From a virus, in IMG/VR virus record IMGVR_UViG_3300018946_000033, positions 5,717 through 69,716 of that record: a stretch of DNA of 64,000 nt, one strand, 5' to 3'. Within the stretch, counting starts at the first letter, position 1. Every line of letters starts with the position of its first letter. Made by a program: the position numbers and the translations under genes. The notes beneath the pieces were generated by a model that was not told the DNA's origin, did no database searches, and saw only the letters and a program-made list of their open reading frames with translations. Shown piece by piece: positions 1 to 9,332 of this stretch.

Positions 1-2
1 CG

Positions 3-341
3 GGCGACGAGCCGGCCGTGATCACTACGGGCGAGACCGACCCGAAGGAAGCCGCGCTCAACTTCCTGACCAAGTACCTGAACACGCAGAACCAGAGCCC
101 CCAGGGATGGCGTGACAGCTTCATGCCGCTCGTGTCGGCCGAGTACCAGGCGACCCTCGCCGAACTGCAGCCCGAGGACGTCGGGGTGACCCGTGTAGGC
201 ACGCCCACCCGCGCCTACTCGGGCGGCGACCGGCTGTTCGTTGTTGAGGTGCCGGCCGCGACGGGCGGCACGATCACGGTCACGTTGAACGGCTCGTCCG
301 GTCAGTGGCTGGTGTCCGACTTGTCCCGGAGCCGGCAATGA
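3..341 (+). CDS. 5'-truncated conjugation-associated protein (NTF2/VirB8-like fold suspected)
   Basis: Frame open to window edge; ends GQWLVSDL like NTF2-type folds; ATGA-coupled to the M23 gene. Confidence 0.5.
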   Translation, partial: GDEPAVITTGETDPKEAALNFLTKYLNTQNQSPQGWRDSFMPLVSAEYQATLAELQPEDVGVTRVGTPTRAYSGGDRLFVVEVPAATGGTITVTLNGSSGQWLVSDLSRSRQ

Positions 342-1513
342 AGCGGGCACGGGTGATCGCCCTCGCCGTGTGCCTGACCGGCTCAGCAACCCTGCTGTGC
401 GTCGGCGGGACAGCCACCGTGTCGCTGATGTCAGCGTTCGGGGTTGTGCCCCCGGCGGCGCAGGCCGCGGGCTGCGGCGCGCCGGAACCGGTCGTGTCCG
501 CGCCGGCGCCGGCGTCCCCGGTGAAGGGCTTCACCGACGCGCAGGTCCGCAACGCGACCGCCATCGTCCAGGCCGGTCAGTCCATGGGCGTCCCGCCCCG
601 CGGGTGGGTGGTGGCGGTGGCCACCGCCATGCAGGAGTCGACGTTGAAGAACTACGCCAACGACAACGCGGCATATCCGGAGGTCAGGCGCCTCAGCCTG
701 GCGATCCCGCACGAGGCGGTCGGGCACGACCACGACTCGGTCGGACTGTTCCAGCAGCGCCCGGTAGAAGGCGACGGCGGCTGGGGCACCGTGAGCGAGC
801 TGATGACGCCCTCCGTCAGCGCGAAGAAGTTCTTCGACGCGCTGCTCAAGGTCTCGAACTGGCAGGGGCTGCCCGTGACGTTGGCCGCGCAGAGGGTCCA
901 GCGGTCCGCCTTCCCGGGCGCCTACGCCAAGCACGAATCAGCCGCGGCGGCTCTGGTCGGTGCGATCACGGGCGGGGCGGACAAGGTCGCCGCCGCGGCA
1001 CCGGTGGCCGGCGTGTGCGCCGAGCCGGACGTGGTGACCGCCGGCGGCTGGGTCCGCCCGGTGGTTGCGAAGCCCGGCTCCGGGTTCCGCACCGCGAGCC
1101 GCCCCACCCATCAGGGCGTGGACCTCATGGTCAGCCGCAGCACCCCGATCAAGGCGGCCAGCGCCGGTTCGGTGATCCGCATGCGGTGCAACGCCGTGCA
1201 TGCCGGTTCGGGTGGCGAGTGGGGCTGCGACCGCGACGGCCATCCCACGCTGGTCCGCGGCTGCGGCTGGTACGTAGACATCGCCCACGCCGACAACATC
1301 GTGACCCGCTACTGCCACATGGTCCGCCAGCCCGACGTGAACGTCGGCCAGAAGGTCGCGGCCGGGCAGCAGATCGGCTTGGCCGGCACGTCGGGCCACT
1401 CGAGCGGGGTGCACCTGCACTTCGAGGTTCACCTCCGCGGCGACACCTCCAGCGCGGGCGCGGTTGACCCGGTCCAGTTCATGCGCGACCACGGGGCGGC
1501 ACTCGGTGGCTGA
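338..1513 (+). CDS. Secreted peptidoglycan hydrolase: lysozyme-like domain plus M23 peptidase
   Basis: N-terminal hydrophobic anchor; ATAMQES...SVGLFQQ; M23 motifs HQGVD and HLHFE. Confidence 0.9.
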   Translation: MKRARVIALAVCLTGSATLLCVGGTATVSLMSAFGVVPPAAQAAGCGAPEPVVSAPAPASPVKGFTDAQVRNATAIVQAGQSMGVPPRGWVVAVATAMQESTLKNYANDNAAYPEVRRLSLAIPHEAVGHDHDSVGLFQQRPVEGDGGWGTVSELMTPSVSAKKFFDALLKVSNWQGLPVTLAAQRVQRSAFPGAYAKHESAAAALVGAITGGADKVAAAAPVAGVCAEPDVVTAGGWVRPVVAKPGSGFRTASRPTHQGVDLMVSRSTPIKAASAGSVIRMRCNAVHAGSGGEWGCDRDGHPTLVRGCGWYVDIAHADNIVTRYCHMVRQPDVNVGQKVAAGQQIGLAGTSGHSSGVHLHFEVHLRGDTSSAGAVDPVQFMRDHGAALGG

Positions 1514-2585
1514 CAACCAGGCGCCGAGGCGCTTCACCTCAGACGACGTCGAGAACGCCGTCAACATCGTCATCGTGCTCGCGGTCGCTGTGGCGAGCCT
1601 CGCGTCGGCGTTCACGCACATGCACGACTGGACCATGCGGGAAATGCCGGCCGGCACCGAGGGATGGTTCGGCTGGTCCAACGCGATGATCCCCGAACTG
1701 CTGGCACTGGCTGGGCTGCTGTCGCTGCGTCGGCGAATGAAGTACCGGGCGAAATACCGGATGGCCGCAGCGGTGACGCTGGGCGGTGCGGTGTTGTCCC
1801 TCGCCGCCCAGCTCGCCGCGGTCGGTTCCGGGGCGAGCGTGTCGGCGAAGTTCCTCGCGGCGCTGCCGGCGTTGGCGGTGCTGGCGCTGATCAAGATGGT
1901 GACGTCGGACCTCGACCTCGGCCGGAAGATGTCGAACGCCAAGGCTGAGGCCGCCGCGGAGGACGCTCGGCGGCGCGCGGAGCAGGCGGCAATTGTGGCC
2001 CAGGCGGAGGCGGAAATTGCCGCCGCTGAGGCGGCAAAGGAAGCGGCAACGGCGCAGGTCGGAGCGGCAAACGCCGAACGCGACGAAGCGGCAGAGCGGG
2101 CGGCAAACGCGCTGGCCGAGGTGGCGGAGTTGCGCCTGCTGCTGGAGGAGCGCGCGGCGACTCTTGAGGAAGCCGAGGCGGCAATCTCGGAGCGGCAAAC
2201 CGCTCTTGACCTGCGGGCCGACGAACTCCGCACCGCCAAGGAGGCACTCGCCGAGGCGGAAATGCGGGAGGAAATCCGGGCGCGCGTTGAAGCGGAAGCC
2301 GCTGGCAGCCAGCGCATCGCCAACCGGAAATCCGCACCGGCAAAGAGGGCGCCCCGCACGTCGGAGCTCCCCGCCAACCTGCCGCTTGTCGAGGGCGTGA
2401 AGCGGGAAACGGTGGCCGCCGTACTGGCGGCAATCGAGGCGAACCCGGCGGCGACGCAGGCGGCAATTGCCGCCTCGACTCGGCTGTCCGAGCGGACCAT
2501 CCGCACGGTCATCAAGGCGGCAACTTTGCCGGCGCAGACCAACGGCCACGACCACAACCTGACCCCCACTGGAGCCACCCCATGA
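1506..2585 (+). CDS. DUF2637/Spd-like membrane protein with coiled coil and C-terminal HTH
   Basis: About 4 TM segments with SAFTHMHDW, Ala/Glu coiled coil, HTH-like ATQAAIAASTRLSERTIRTV. Confidence 0.7.
   Translation: MADNQAPRRFTSDDVENAVNIVIVLAVAVASLASAFTHMHDWTMREMPAGTEGWFGWSNAMIPELLALAGLLSLRRRMKYRAKYRMAAAVTLGGAVLSLAAQLAAVGSGASVSAKFLAALPALAVLALIKMVTSDLDLGRKMSNAKAEAAAEDARRRAEQAAIVAQAEAEIAAAEAAKEAATAQVGAANAERDEAAERAANALAEVAELRLLLEERAATLEEAEAAISERQTALDLRADELRTAKEALAEAEMREEIRARVEAEAAGSQRIANRKSAPAKRAPRTSELPANLPLVEGVKRETVAAVLAAIEANPAATQAAIAASTRLSERTIRTVIKAATLPAQTNGHDHNLTPTGATP
1985..2530 (+). repeat. Cluster of GCGGCAA/GCGGAAAT direct repeats and an 18-bp palindrome (candidate clt or protein-binding array)
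   Basis: GCGGCAA at 1986, 2031, 2043, 2064, 2100, 2178, 2192, 2427, 2460, 2517; AGGCGGCAATTGCCGCCT at 2458-2475. Confidence 0.6.
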
Positions 2586-2785
2586 CCCACGCATTCGCCC
2601 TCGACGTGTTCGACGGCCCGGACTTGACGCTCGTCGCGCCCATCCGCGCGGAGGACGTGTCGGCCGCTAAGGCAGCCGCGCAGCTCCTCATCAACGGCCT
2701 GCCGAACACCGCCGGTCACCTGTACGAAGCACCCACCAATGCGAGGCCGGTGTACGTCGGCTTCGTCCAGCCCACCCAGCCCTGA
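2582..2785 (+). CDS. Hypothetical protein
   Basis: GGAG RBS, ATGA overlap, GC3-rich codons. Confidence 0.7.
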   Translation: MTHAFALDVFDGPDLTLVAPIRAEDVSAAKAAAQLLINGLPNTAGHLYEAPTNARPVYVGFVQPTQP

Positions 2786-2812
2786 CCCCCGACGTCCACG
2801 GAAGGACACCGC

Positions 2813-3028
2813 ATGAGCCCCGACCGTCCCGACCACATCACTGAACCGGCCACCGCGATGCAGGCCCACGTCCTGACGGACGGGTCCTTGGCCCTCGGCA
2901 TCACCACGAAGAGCGTCCGCCTCGACGTGACGCTCACCCCCGAGATGACCAGCCAACTCACCGACCGACTCGTGTACGACACCGCCCACGTCAAGCCCGC
3001 GCCCGCGCCGCTCCAGCGCGCGGCATAG
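2813..3028 (+). CDS. Hypothetical protein
   Basis: GAAGGA RBS, operon context. Confidence 0.7.
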   Translation: MSPDRPDHITEPATAMQAHVLTDGSLALGITTKSVRLDVTLTPEMTSQLTDRLVYDTAHVKPAPAPLQRAA

Positions 3029-3053
3029 CACTCCAACCGAAGGAGAAGGAACC

Positions 3054-3539
3054 ATGTCTGGAACACCCCCCGCAGAGGGCGAAGCCAAGGTCGACGGTGC
3101 GCTGACCTGGGTTTCCCTTGGTCTCGGATTCATCGGCGGATGGGCCGCCATCGCCACCTGGATCGGCGCGTTCGTCGGAGGCGCAGTTGGGATGCTCCCC
3201 GACTGGGCGCCACCCCTGCTGTTCGTGGTCGGCACGGCCATCATCGTGATCGACGTCTTGCGTGACGGCATCCCGAACCGGCCCGCCGTGTATTTCATGA
3301 TCCTGTTGCCGTCGATCGGCCTCGGAGTGAACGGCAAACTCTCGGATCAGCTCGACAAGTGGGGCGACAACATCAACCGGGTCACGTCGGAGAAGGCCGG
3401 CGAGTGGCTCGGCGAGGGCTCCTTGACTGCGCTCGCCCTGATCGCCATCGCGTTGGCGGTCGTGGTCGCACAGAAGGCGATCAAGAAGACGTCGCTCAAC
3501 CCGCTGGCGCAGCGCGCTGGGGCACGGGGTGGGCGATGA
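3054..3539 (+). CDS. Multi-pass membrane protein (Spd-like)
   Basis: Strong RBS AAGGAGAAGGA; about 4 hydrophobic helices; upstream of translocase. Confidence 0.7.
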   Translation: MSGTPPAEGEAKVDGALTWVSLGLGFIGGWAAIATWIGAFVGGAVGMLPDWAPPLLFVVGTAIIVIDVLRDGIPNRPAVYFMILLPSIGLGVNGKLSDQLDKWGDNINRVTSEKAGEWLGEGSLTALALIAIALAVVVAQKAIKKTSLNPLAQRAGARGGR

Positions 3540-3820
3540 CCAGCCAAAACGCGAACGTGGCGCAGCTCGATCGTGAGGAGGTCGGGCTGCGCCCCCGCAG
3601 GGTGTGGAGTCCCACCCGCAAGGCGGCCGAAGATGCGGCGGATCGCCGCAGGTTCCACGAGAAGCGGATCGCCGAGGCGGAGAGCGAAACGCAGGAGCGG
3701 TGGCAACTGGCGGCGTGGATCTCGGCGGAGCTGAAGTGCGCTCTGCGGCGCCTCTCATGGTCGGACCTTATGCAGGTCGCGATCGACCTCAACAAGCGCA
3801 ACGCGAAGGGATCGTCATGA
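3536..3820 (+). CDS. Hypothetical protein
   Basis: ATGA overlaps at both ends. Confidence 0.6.
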   Translation: MTSQNANVAQLDREEVGLRPRRVWSPTRKAAEDAADRRRFHEKRIAEAESETQERWQLAAWISAELKCALRRLSWSDLMQVAIDLNKRNAKGSS

Positions 3821-4266
3821 CTGTCAGTGAGCAGACGGAGCCATGCATGCGTGCAGGCATGCACGACGAGGCCCCACCCGCTGAGCGTGCGCAAGATCGC
3901 GGCTCCGCGTATACACGCGCGATAACACATGCACGCGGACTGTGGCAAGACTTGCGGGCCACCATCTCAACGTCACGCCACGTGACTGAAACGGCGGCGG
4001 CCGTCAGCGACAGCACGGGCCGCGCGACGCTCCGCCCGGCCACCCTCCGCGAGGTCGGAGCCGGCATCGTCCCCGCGCCCGGTGCCGCTGGCAACGCCGC
4101 CGTGTGGTGCTGGCTCCTCGCGGTCGGCGCGTTCCAGTTCGCGTGCGCCGCGCTGGCCGCGCTGATCGTCAACGCCGCCGTCGACTCGAAGCCGCGAGCC
4201 GGCGCGGCCCTTGCCCTGTCCCTGTTGACCCTGCTCGGGGTCGCCGTCGCCCACCTTTTGAACTGA
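3817..4266 (+). CDS. Membrane protein (Spd-like)
   Basis: Two C-terminal TM helices; coupled start. Confidence 0.6.
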   Translation: MTVSEQTEPCMRAGMHDEAPPAERAQDRGSAYTRAITHARGLWQDLRATISTSRHVTETAAAVSDSTGRATLRPATLREVGAGIVPAPGAAGNAAVWCWLLAVGAFQFACAALAALIVNAAVDSKPRAGAALALSLLTLLGVAVAHLLN

Positions 4267-4273
4267 GGACACC

Positions 4274-6535
4274 GTGACTCAGCCCGACGCGTCGAACTGG
4301 CCCAAGGCGCCAGCCGCGCCCCCGCGCCCAGAGAAGCCTCGGCCCCCGACGCTGATGCAGTGGGCGACCGCGCCCATGCGCCGCGCAGCCGACGACGCCA
4401 AGGCGAAGGCCAAGGCGGCGGCGAAGGCAAAGGCCAGGAGCGTCGGGCACGCGGCATCAATCAAGGCCCGTCACGCGTCGGCCGAGACTCGCACGCACCG
4501 CCCATCCGCTGTGGTCGCCGCCGTGCTGTTCGTGTTCGGGCTGAACCTGGCAGGCAACAACCGGCTCGGCGCCGTCGCTCTCGGCATCCTGGTCGTGGCG
4601 CTCGCCGCGCCGGCTGCGTACTGCGCCACGTACCTGCGTCTCCGCAGCCAGGCCATCCGCAACGGCAAGGTCGAAGAGTTCGCGGTCCGCAAGGACGGCA
4701 AGCGGGCGCGGGACACGGCCCGCCAGGTCGCCGCCGCCGCGGTGGCGTTCGGCGGGTGGACCTTCGTCGCCGGTGTCGTTGGCGTCAACCCCGGCTCGGT
4801 GCTCGGATCGGCCGGCGCGTTGTTCGTCGTCCTGCTCGGGTTCGCCCTCGCCGGCATCGTGACCCGCCGCCACTGGGCGCACCTCTCAGAAGAGCGGGAC
4901 CGGCACCGCACCAACGACCGCAAACCCACTGAGGTTGAGCTGCCGGTTGCCGAGGTTGAGCCTGCCCCCGTGCGAGTGAAGCGCGACGAGCACTGCACCT
5001 ACCAGCTCCCATCCATCGACATGCTCGGCGCCGGGGAACCCCCGAAGACCCGCAGCAAAGCCAACGACGTCGTCATTGCCGCGCTTCGTGGCGTGTTCGA
5101 CGAGTTCAAGGTCGACGCCGACGTCACCGGCTTCACCCGTGGACCCACCCTCACTCGATACGAGGTGGAGGTCGGGCGAGGCGTCAAGGTCGAACGGGTG
5201 ACAAAGCTCGCCCGCAACATTGCCTACGCAGTAAAGAGCGGCGACGTCCGCATCCTCGACCCGATCCCGGGGAAGAGTGCCATCGGCATAGAGATCCCCA
5301 ACATCGACAGAGAGAACGTTGCGCTCGGTGATGTGCTGCGGTCCGCCGCCGCCCAGGCGGACCACCACCCGCTCCTCGTCGGCCTCGGCAAGGACATCGA
5401 GGGCGGGTACGTCGTGGCAAACCTGGCCAAGGCGCCGCACATCCTGATCGCCGGCGCGACCGGTGCGGGCAAGTCGAGCTGCCTCAACACGCTGCTCTGC
5501 TCGATCCTGACCCGGGCCACACCGGACGAGGTGCGGCTGATCCTCGTCGACACGAAGCGCGTCGAGTTCACCGGGTACGAGGGCATCCCGCACCTCATCA
5601 CCCCGATCGTCACCAACCCGAAGAGGGCCGCCGACGCCCTCGACTGGGTTGTCCGCGAGATGGACATGCGCTACGACGACATGGCCGCAGCCGGCGTCCG
5701 CAACATCGACGAGTACAACGCGAAGGTCCGCGCCGGGCAGATCAAGGCGCCCCTCGGCAGTGACAGGGTTATCCGCCCGTACCCGTACCTGCTCGTTGTG
5801 GTTGACGAACTGGCCGACCTGATGATGGTCGCGCCCCGCGACGTCGAGGACTCAGTGGTTCGCATCACGCAGCTCTCGCGGGCGTCCGGCATCCACTTGG
5901 TGCTGGCCACCCAGCGGCCCTCTGTGGACGTGGTCACCGGACTGATCAAGGCGAACGTGCCGTCCCGGTTGGCGTTTGCCACGTCGTCGCTGACTGACTC
6001 GCGGGTCATCCTGGACCAGCCGGGCGCCGAGAAGTTGATCGGCAAGGGCGACGCCCTGTTCCTGCCGATGGGCGCGTCGAAGCCGACCCGCGTTCAGGGA
6101 GCCTGGGTGGACGCGAAGGAGATCGCGGACGTCGTGAAGCTCTGCAAGGAGCAGCGTGAGCCGGAGTTCGTCCCGGACGTTGTGGTGCCGCTGACCGGCC
6201 CGGCTGCGGTCCCGGTTCATGTTCAGGTTCCCCCGGCTCCGCGGCCGGGCACGTCCGGCGTGACTACCGCCGATGTGTTGCTGGCGGTAGTAGCGCGCCG
6301 TCCGGGTTGCTCGTCGGCGGACATTGCGGCGCACCGGGTGTGGGCTGAGCACGGTGGTGTTCCGCACCAGACGACGTTGTCCACGCGAGTGCCGGAGCAG
6401 CTCGCCGACGCAGGCCTGCTGACCCGGGACAAGCGGGGTGGCGCGTGGGTGAACTACCGCCTCACGCCGAAGGGCGAGGCACGCGCCGAGATTGTGGTCC
6501 CGTCGGTGTTCCCGCCGGAGGACGTGGCGGCCTGA
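4274..6535 (+). CDS. FtsK/SpoIIIE DNA translocase, TraB-type architecture
   Basis: N-terminal TMs; Walker A GATGAGKS, Walker [16 protein letters not shown]; C-terminal winged-helix-like segment. Confidence 0.92.
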   Translation: MTQPDASNWPKAPAAPPRPEKPRPPTLMQWATAPMRRAADDAKAKAKAAAKAKARSVGHAASIKARHASAETRTHRPSAVVAAVLFVFGLNLAGNNRLGAVALGILVVALAAPAAYCATYLRLRSQAIRNGKVEEFAVRKDGKRARDTARQVAAAAVAFGGWTFVAGVVGVNPGSVLGSAGALFVVLLGFALAGIVTRRHWAHLSEERDRHRTNDRKPTEVELPVAEVEPAPVRVKRDEHCTYQLPSIDMLGAGEPPKTRSKANDVVIAALRGVFDEFKVDADVTGFTRGPTLTRYEVEVGRGVKVERVTKLARNIAYAVKSGDVRILDPIPGKSAIGIEIPNIDRENVALGDVLRSAAAQADHHPLLVGLGKDIEGGYVVANLAKAPHILIAGATGAGKSSCLNTLLCSILTRATPDEVRLILVDTKRVEFTGYEGIPHLITPIVTNPKRAADALDWVVREMDMRYDDMAAAGVRNIDEYNAKVRAGQIKAPLGSDRVIRPYPYLLVVVDELADLMMVAPRDVEDSVVRITQLSRASGIHLVLATQRPSVDVVTGLIKANVPSRLAFATSSLTDSRVILDQPGAEKLIGKGDALFLPMGASKPTRVQGAWVDAKEIADVVKLCKEQREPEFVPDVVVPLTGPAAVPVHVQVPPAPRPGTSGVTTADVLLAVVARRPGCSSADIAAHRVWAEHGGVPHQTTLSTRVPEQLADAGLLTRDKRGGAWVNYRLTPKGEARAEIVVPSVFPPEDVAA

Positions 6536-6617
6536 GCCCGGCCTGTTTCTGTGGCGCCCGCGTGCGGCGGGCGTCGCGGTGACCGACCGGTCAGATCAAT
6601 CAACGAGAAGGAGTGTC

Positions 6618-6836
6618 ATGGCTGTTCGATTCGAAGTGTTGAGCCCCGATGGCAGGACGATGCTCTCCGGGGTGGACCGGAGCTTCGCCGACCTGCCCGC
6701 GCAGGCGGTCGCCGACTGCCTCGCGTTGGACTGGCCCTCGGGCCACGAGGTTCGCGTGTGGGCGACGGGCGACGCGGTCGCGGTCCGCGCTGTCGCGGAA
6801 TCGGTGGCGCCGGACGCTACGGCGGTGGCGCGATGA
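6618..6836 (+). CDS. Hypothetical protein
   Basis: GAAGGAG RBS; first of a coupled small-gene array. Confidence 0.7.
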   Translation: MAVRFEVLSPDGRTMLSGVDRSFADLPAQAVADCLALDWPSGHEVRVWATGDAVAVRAVAESVAPDATAVAR

Positions 6837-7093
6837 CCGCGTACAACGAGGACTCGCGGGTGCGGCGGGTCACCGAGTACATGCTCTCCGTCCAGACCGG
6901 CGACAAGTACGACGTGTGCGCCTGGTCCGCCACGGACAGGTGGTTCGCCTATCCGTCACTTGGTAGCTCGGCGATGCGGGCGGCCGATTTGCGGAGCCGC
7001 GAGGATACGGAGGAGTGGTTGTTGCAGGCCAGGACGGGCCCGTTCCGGACCGCCGATGAGGCGATCGCGTCGCTGATCGGGGACCCGCGATGA
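6833..7093 (+). CDS. Small protein, paralog of 8461-8733
   Basis: ATGA coupling; TGPFxxADEAI motif. Confidence 0.75.
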   Translation: MTAYNEDSRVRRVTEYMLSVQTGDKYDVCAWSATDRWFAYPSLGSSAMRAADLRSREDTEEWLLQARTGPFRTADEAIASLIGDPR

Positions 7094-7305
7094 GCGACTT
7101 CACCCGGCCGCAGCAGCACCTGTTGACCCACGTCGAGCCGGGCCCCGAGGTGACGCACGTGCGGGATCGTCTGAACGTTCGGTGGCACCGCGACGGCGAC
7201 TATTGGTGGGCCGACATTGGCTACGGCTACGAGGTCCACCACACATGGCCCGGGGTGTTGTCACGCGAGCCACTGACCGATGCGAGTTCCGAGGCGGCCG
7301 GATGA
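7090..7305 (+). CDS. Hypothetical Trp-rich phage protein
   Basis: ATGA coupling. Confidence 0.7.
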   Translation: MSDFTRPQQHLLTHVEPGPEVTHVRDRLNVRWHRDGDYWWADIGYGYEVHHTWPGVLSREPLTDASSEAAG

Positions 7306-7511
7306 GCCGGGCTGTGATCCGCATGTTCGACGGCATCCAGGTGATCGACCCGTTGGCAGCAGGCGACCGACCAGAGGTTCTGCTCCTGCGCGCGAACTGG
7401 TCGGCATTCCGCCGCGGTCGCGTCGACCTGCACTACACCGACGAGAGCGGCGTTCCACGCGTCGCCGAATTCGACTACGACAACATCATCGACATCGAGA
7501 TCACCGGCTAG
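7302..7511 (+). CDS. Hypothetical protein
   Basis: ATGA coupling. Confidence 0.7.
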   Translation: MSRAVIRMFDGIQVIDPLAAGDRPEVLLLRANWSAFRRGRVDLHYTDESGVPRVAEFDYDNIIDIEITG

Positions 7512-7596
7512 CTGCGCCGTTGGGGCGGCCCGAGCTTGCCGGCAGAGCCGCCCCTCCGACGCCCACAACCCCCGAGAGAGAAGGAGCACCAACATC

Positions 7597-7803
7597 ATGG
7601 CGCAAGCCGACATGCTCACCCTCGACACCACCTACACAATTCAACTGCTCAACCGGGACGGCTCGTGGAGCTGGTACTCGCAGGTGGAATACACCGACGA
7701 GGTCGACGCCCACGACTTGGGTCGCCGGATGTACGGCGGCGAGGTGGCGTACCGGGTCGTAACGATCACCCGGCACGTCGGCGAACCGGTTGGTGCGCGA
7801 TGA
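7597..7803 (+). CDS. Hypothetical protein
   Basis: GAAGGAG RBS. Confidence 0.75.
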   Translation: MAQADMLTLDTTYTIQLLNRDGSWSWYSQVEYTDEVDAHDLGRRMYGGEVAYRVVTITRHVGEPVGAR

Positions 7804-8000
7804 CCGACGGCAAGCGCTACGCCCTCTACTATCCGCGCGGCATCGACCAGTTCGCCGACAACCTGCGTCCGCACATGAGCAGCCACCCCATCACCGTGTA
7901 CGGCACCGACGACCTGAACCGCAGGCTCGCCGAAGCCGAGCAACTCGGCATTCAGGGTCAGGTCACGTGGGAGGAACTCACCGGGGAGGAAGGCCGATGA
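7800..8000 (+). CDS. Hypothetical protein
   Basis: ATGA coupling. Confidence 0.7.
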   Translation: MTDGKRYALYYPRGIDQFADNLRPHMSSHPITVYGTDDLNRRLAEAEQLGIQGQVTWEELTGEEGR

Positions 8001-8464
8001 GCCACATGGCGATCGTCGATGGCCCAAGCCGCGACGACACCTATTCCTGGTTCTGCCCCGAGGCTGTCAGGAACAACTGCCCGGAGCGGCACTTCGGCTT
8101 CGCCACCTACGAGGACGCCCTGTCTGCCGCGCTCAAGTCCGACCACAAGGTAGCCACCGAGGACGAGATGCCGGGCCGCTTCTGCGGCATGCCCGGCCTG
8201 GTCTGGTACTCGGAGGTGATCAAGAAGCGAGGCGACGAGCTGGAGGTTGGTGACTGGCTGGATTCCCTCGACCACCACGGCGCCTGTTCCATCTTCGGCG
8301 TCCGGGTCACAGAGCAGGGCTCCGGGTTCCGCGAAATCTGTTTCAGCGGGGGCTGGACGGTCTACGGCGACGGATCGTCCGACACCGTAACCGTCCGCGA
8401 CGACGTGATGTACGACGTCGTCAATCCGGACTCGATCTGCGACCCGATGGGAAACGCGGCATGA
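7997..8464 (+). CDS. Hypothetical Cys-containing protein
   Basis: GGAGGA RBS, ATGA coupling. Confidence 0.7.
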   Translation: MSHMAIVDGPSRDDTYSWFCPEAVRNNCPERHFGFATYEDALSAALKSDHKVATEDEMPGRFCGMPGLVWYSEVIKKRGDELEVGDWLDSLDHHGACSIFGVRVTEQGSGFREICFSGGWTVYGDGSSDTVTVRDDVMYDVVNPDSICDPMGNAA

Positions 8465-8733
8465 GTCGCTACGAGCACGATCATCGGGTTGAGACCGTCA
8501 CCGCCGCCTTCTACATGGTCGGCCTAAACGGTGTTGGTGCGGCGTACGACAACAACGCTGACAGTTGGTTCGGCGACGACCGGTACGACGTCGAGGCCGT
8601 AGCCCCCCACAGGTGGTACGTCCGGCCATCGAGGAGCCGCCGGAGCCCCAAGGAACACGCGCAGCCGACCGACACGGGCCCGTTTGCATCGGCGGACGAG
8701 GCCATCGACTGGGTCCTTGGAGGCAAGCGATGA
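8461..8733 (+). CDS. Small protein, paralog of 6833-7093
   Basis: ATGA coupling; TGPFASADEAI. Confidence 0.75.
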   Translation: MSRYEHDHRVETVTAAFYMVGLNGVGAAYDNNADSWFGDDRYDVEAVAPHRWYVRPSRSRRSPKEHAQPTDTGPFASADEAIDWVLGGKR

Positions 8734-8954
8734 GCGCCTTCACGATCGCCGCCGTGGTCGACGCGCTCAGCGACGGCCCGATCAGCGTGGACGAGCTGCT
8801 CGACAAGCTCGACGCCCGCACCCGCCTCGGCGAGTGGCACCCGGACTTCGGGGCGTCGCTGAACCACGCCATCCACCAGGGCAAGGTCCGGTTCGTCGCC
8901 GACGACTGCACGTTCGAGCACAACGGTCGTTGCGTACTGGAGGCGACCCGATGA
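8730..8954 (+). CDS. Small winged-helix-like protein
   Basis: VVDALSDGPISVDELLDKL...LNHAIHQGKVRF pattern. Confidence 0.55.
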   Translation: MSAFTIAAVVDALSDGPISVDELLDKLDARTRLGEWHPDFGASLNHAIHQGKVRFVADDCTFEHNGRCVLEATR

Positions 8955-9307
8955 GCGAATGGAGACGCGTCGAGCCGCTGGTTATGGGCGGCGGTGACTG
9001 TGGCGGCGACGCGCAGATCAGCGAAGCGTTCAACGCCCGATGGGTGCAGGAACACTCCGGCGGTGAGCACGCCGTAGTAACCCGGCAGTTCTACATCGCC
9101 GAGCACGAGGGCGGGGAGCCGTTCCTGGAGTGTCAGACGGAGTACGTCCTCTGCTCGGACCCTTCGGACCCGGGCTCGACGGAGTTGCTCTCCAGGGAGT
9201 GCTACGTCGACTGCGGCCCGTGTGACCGCGATGCGGATGCGGTTGTTGCAGCTCATCGGGCCGTGGCGCCGACGAACGAAGAGTGGGCTGCGGCGTTCAA
9301 CTCCTGA
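8951..9307 (+). CDS. Hypothetical acidic protein
   Basis: GGAGG RBS, ATGA coupling. Confidence 0.7.
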   Translation: MSEWRRVEPLVMGGGDCGGDAQISEAFNARWVQEHSGGEHAVVTRQFYIAEHEGGEPFLECQTEYVLCSDPSDPGSTELLSRECYVDCGPCDRDADAVVAAHRAVAPTNEEWAAAFNS

Positions 9308-9332
9308 CCACCACCAATCAACGGGGGATTCC

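Noticed and set aside
938-3337. 799-aa - strand ORF and many similar long antisense or alternative-frame ORFs
   Set aside because: Shadow ORFs typical of high-GC DNA; they overlap genes with clear motifs, RBS and coupling
4274-6535. Host chromosomal ftsK marking a prophage boundary
   Set aside because: Neighbours are Spd-like and phage-like small ORFs, not housekeeping genes, and the gamma-domain motif is missing
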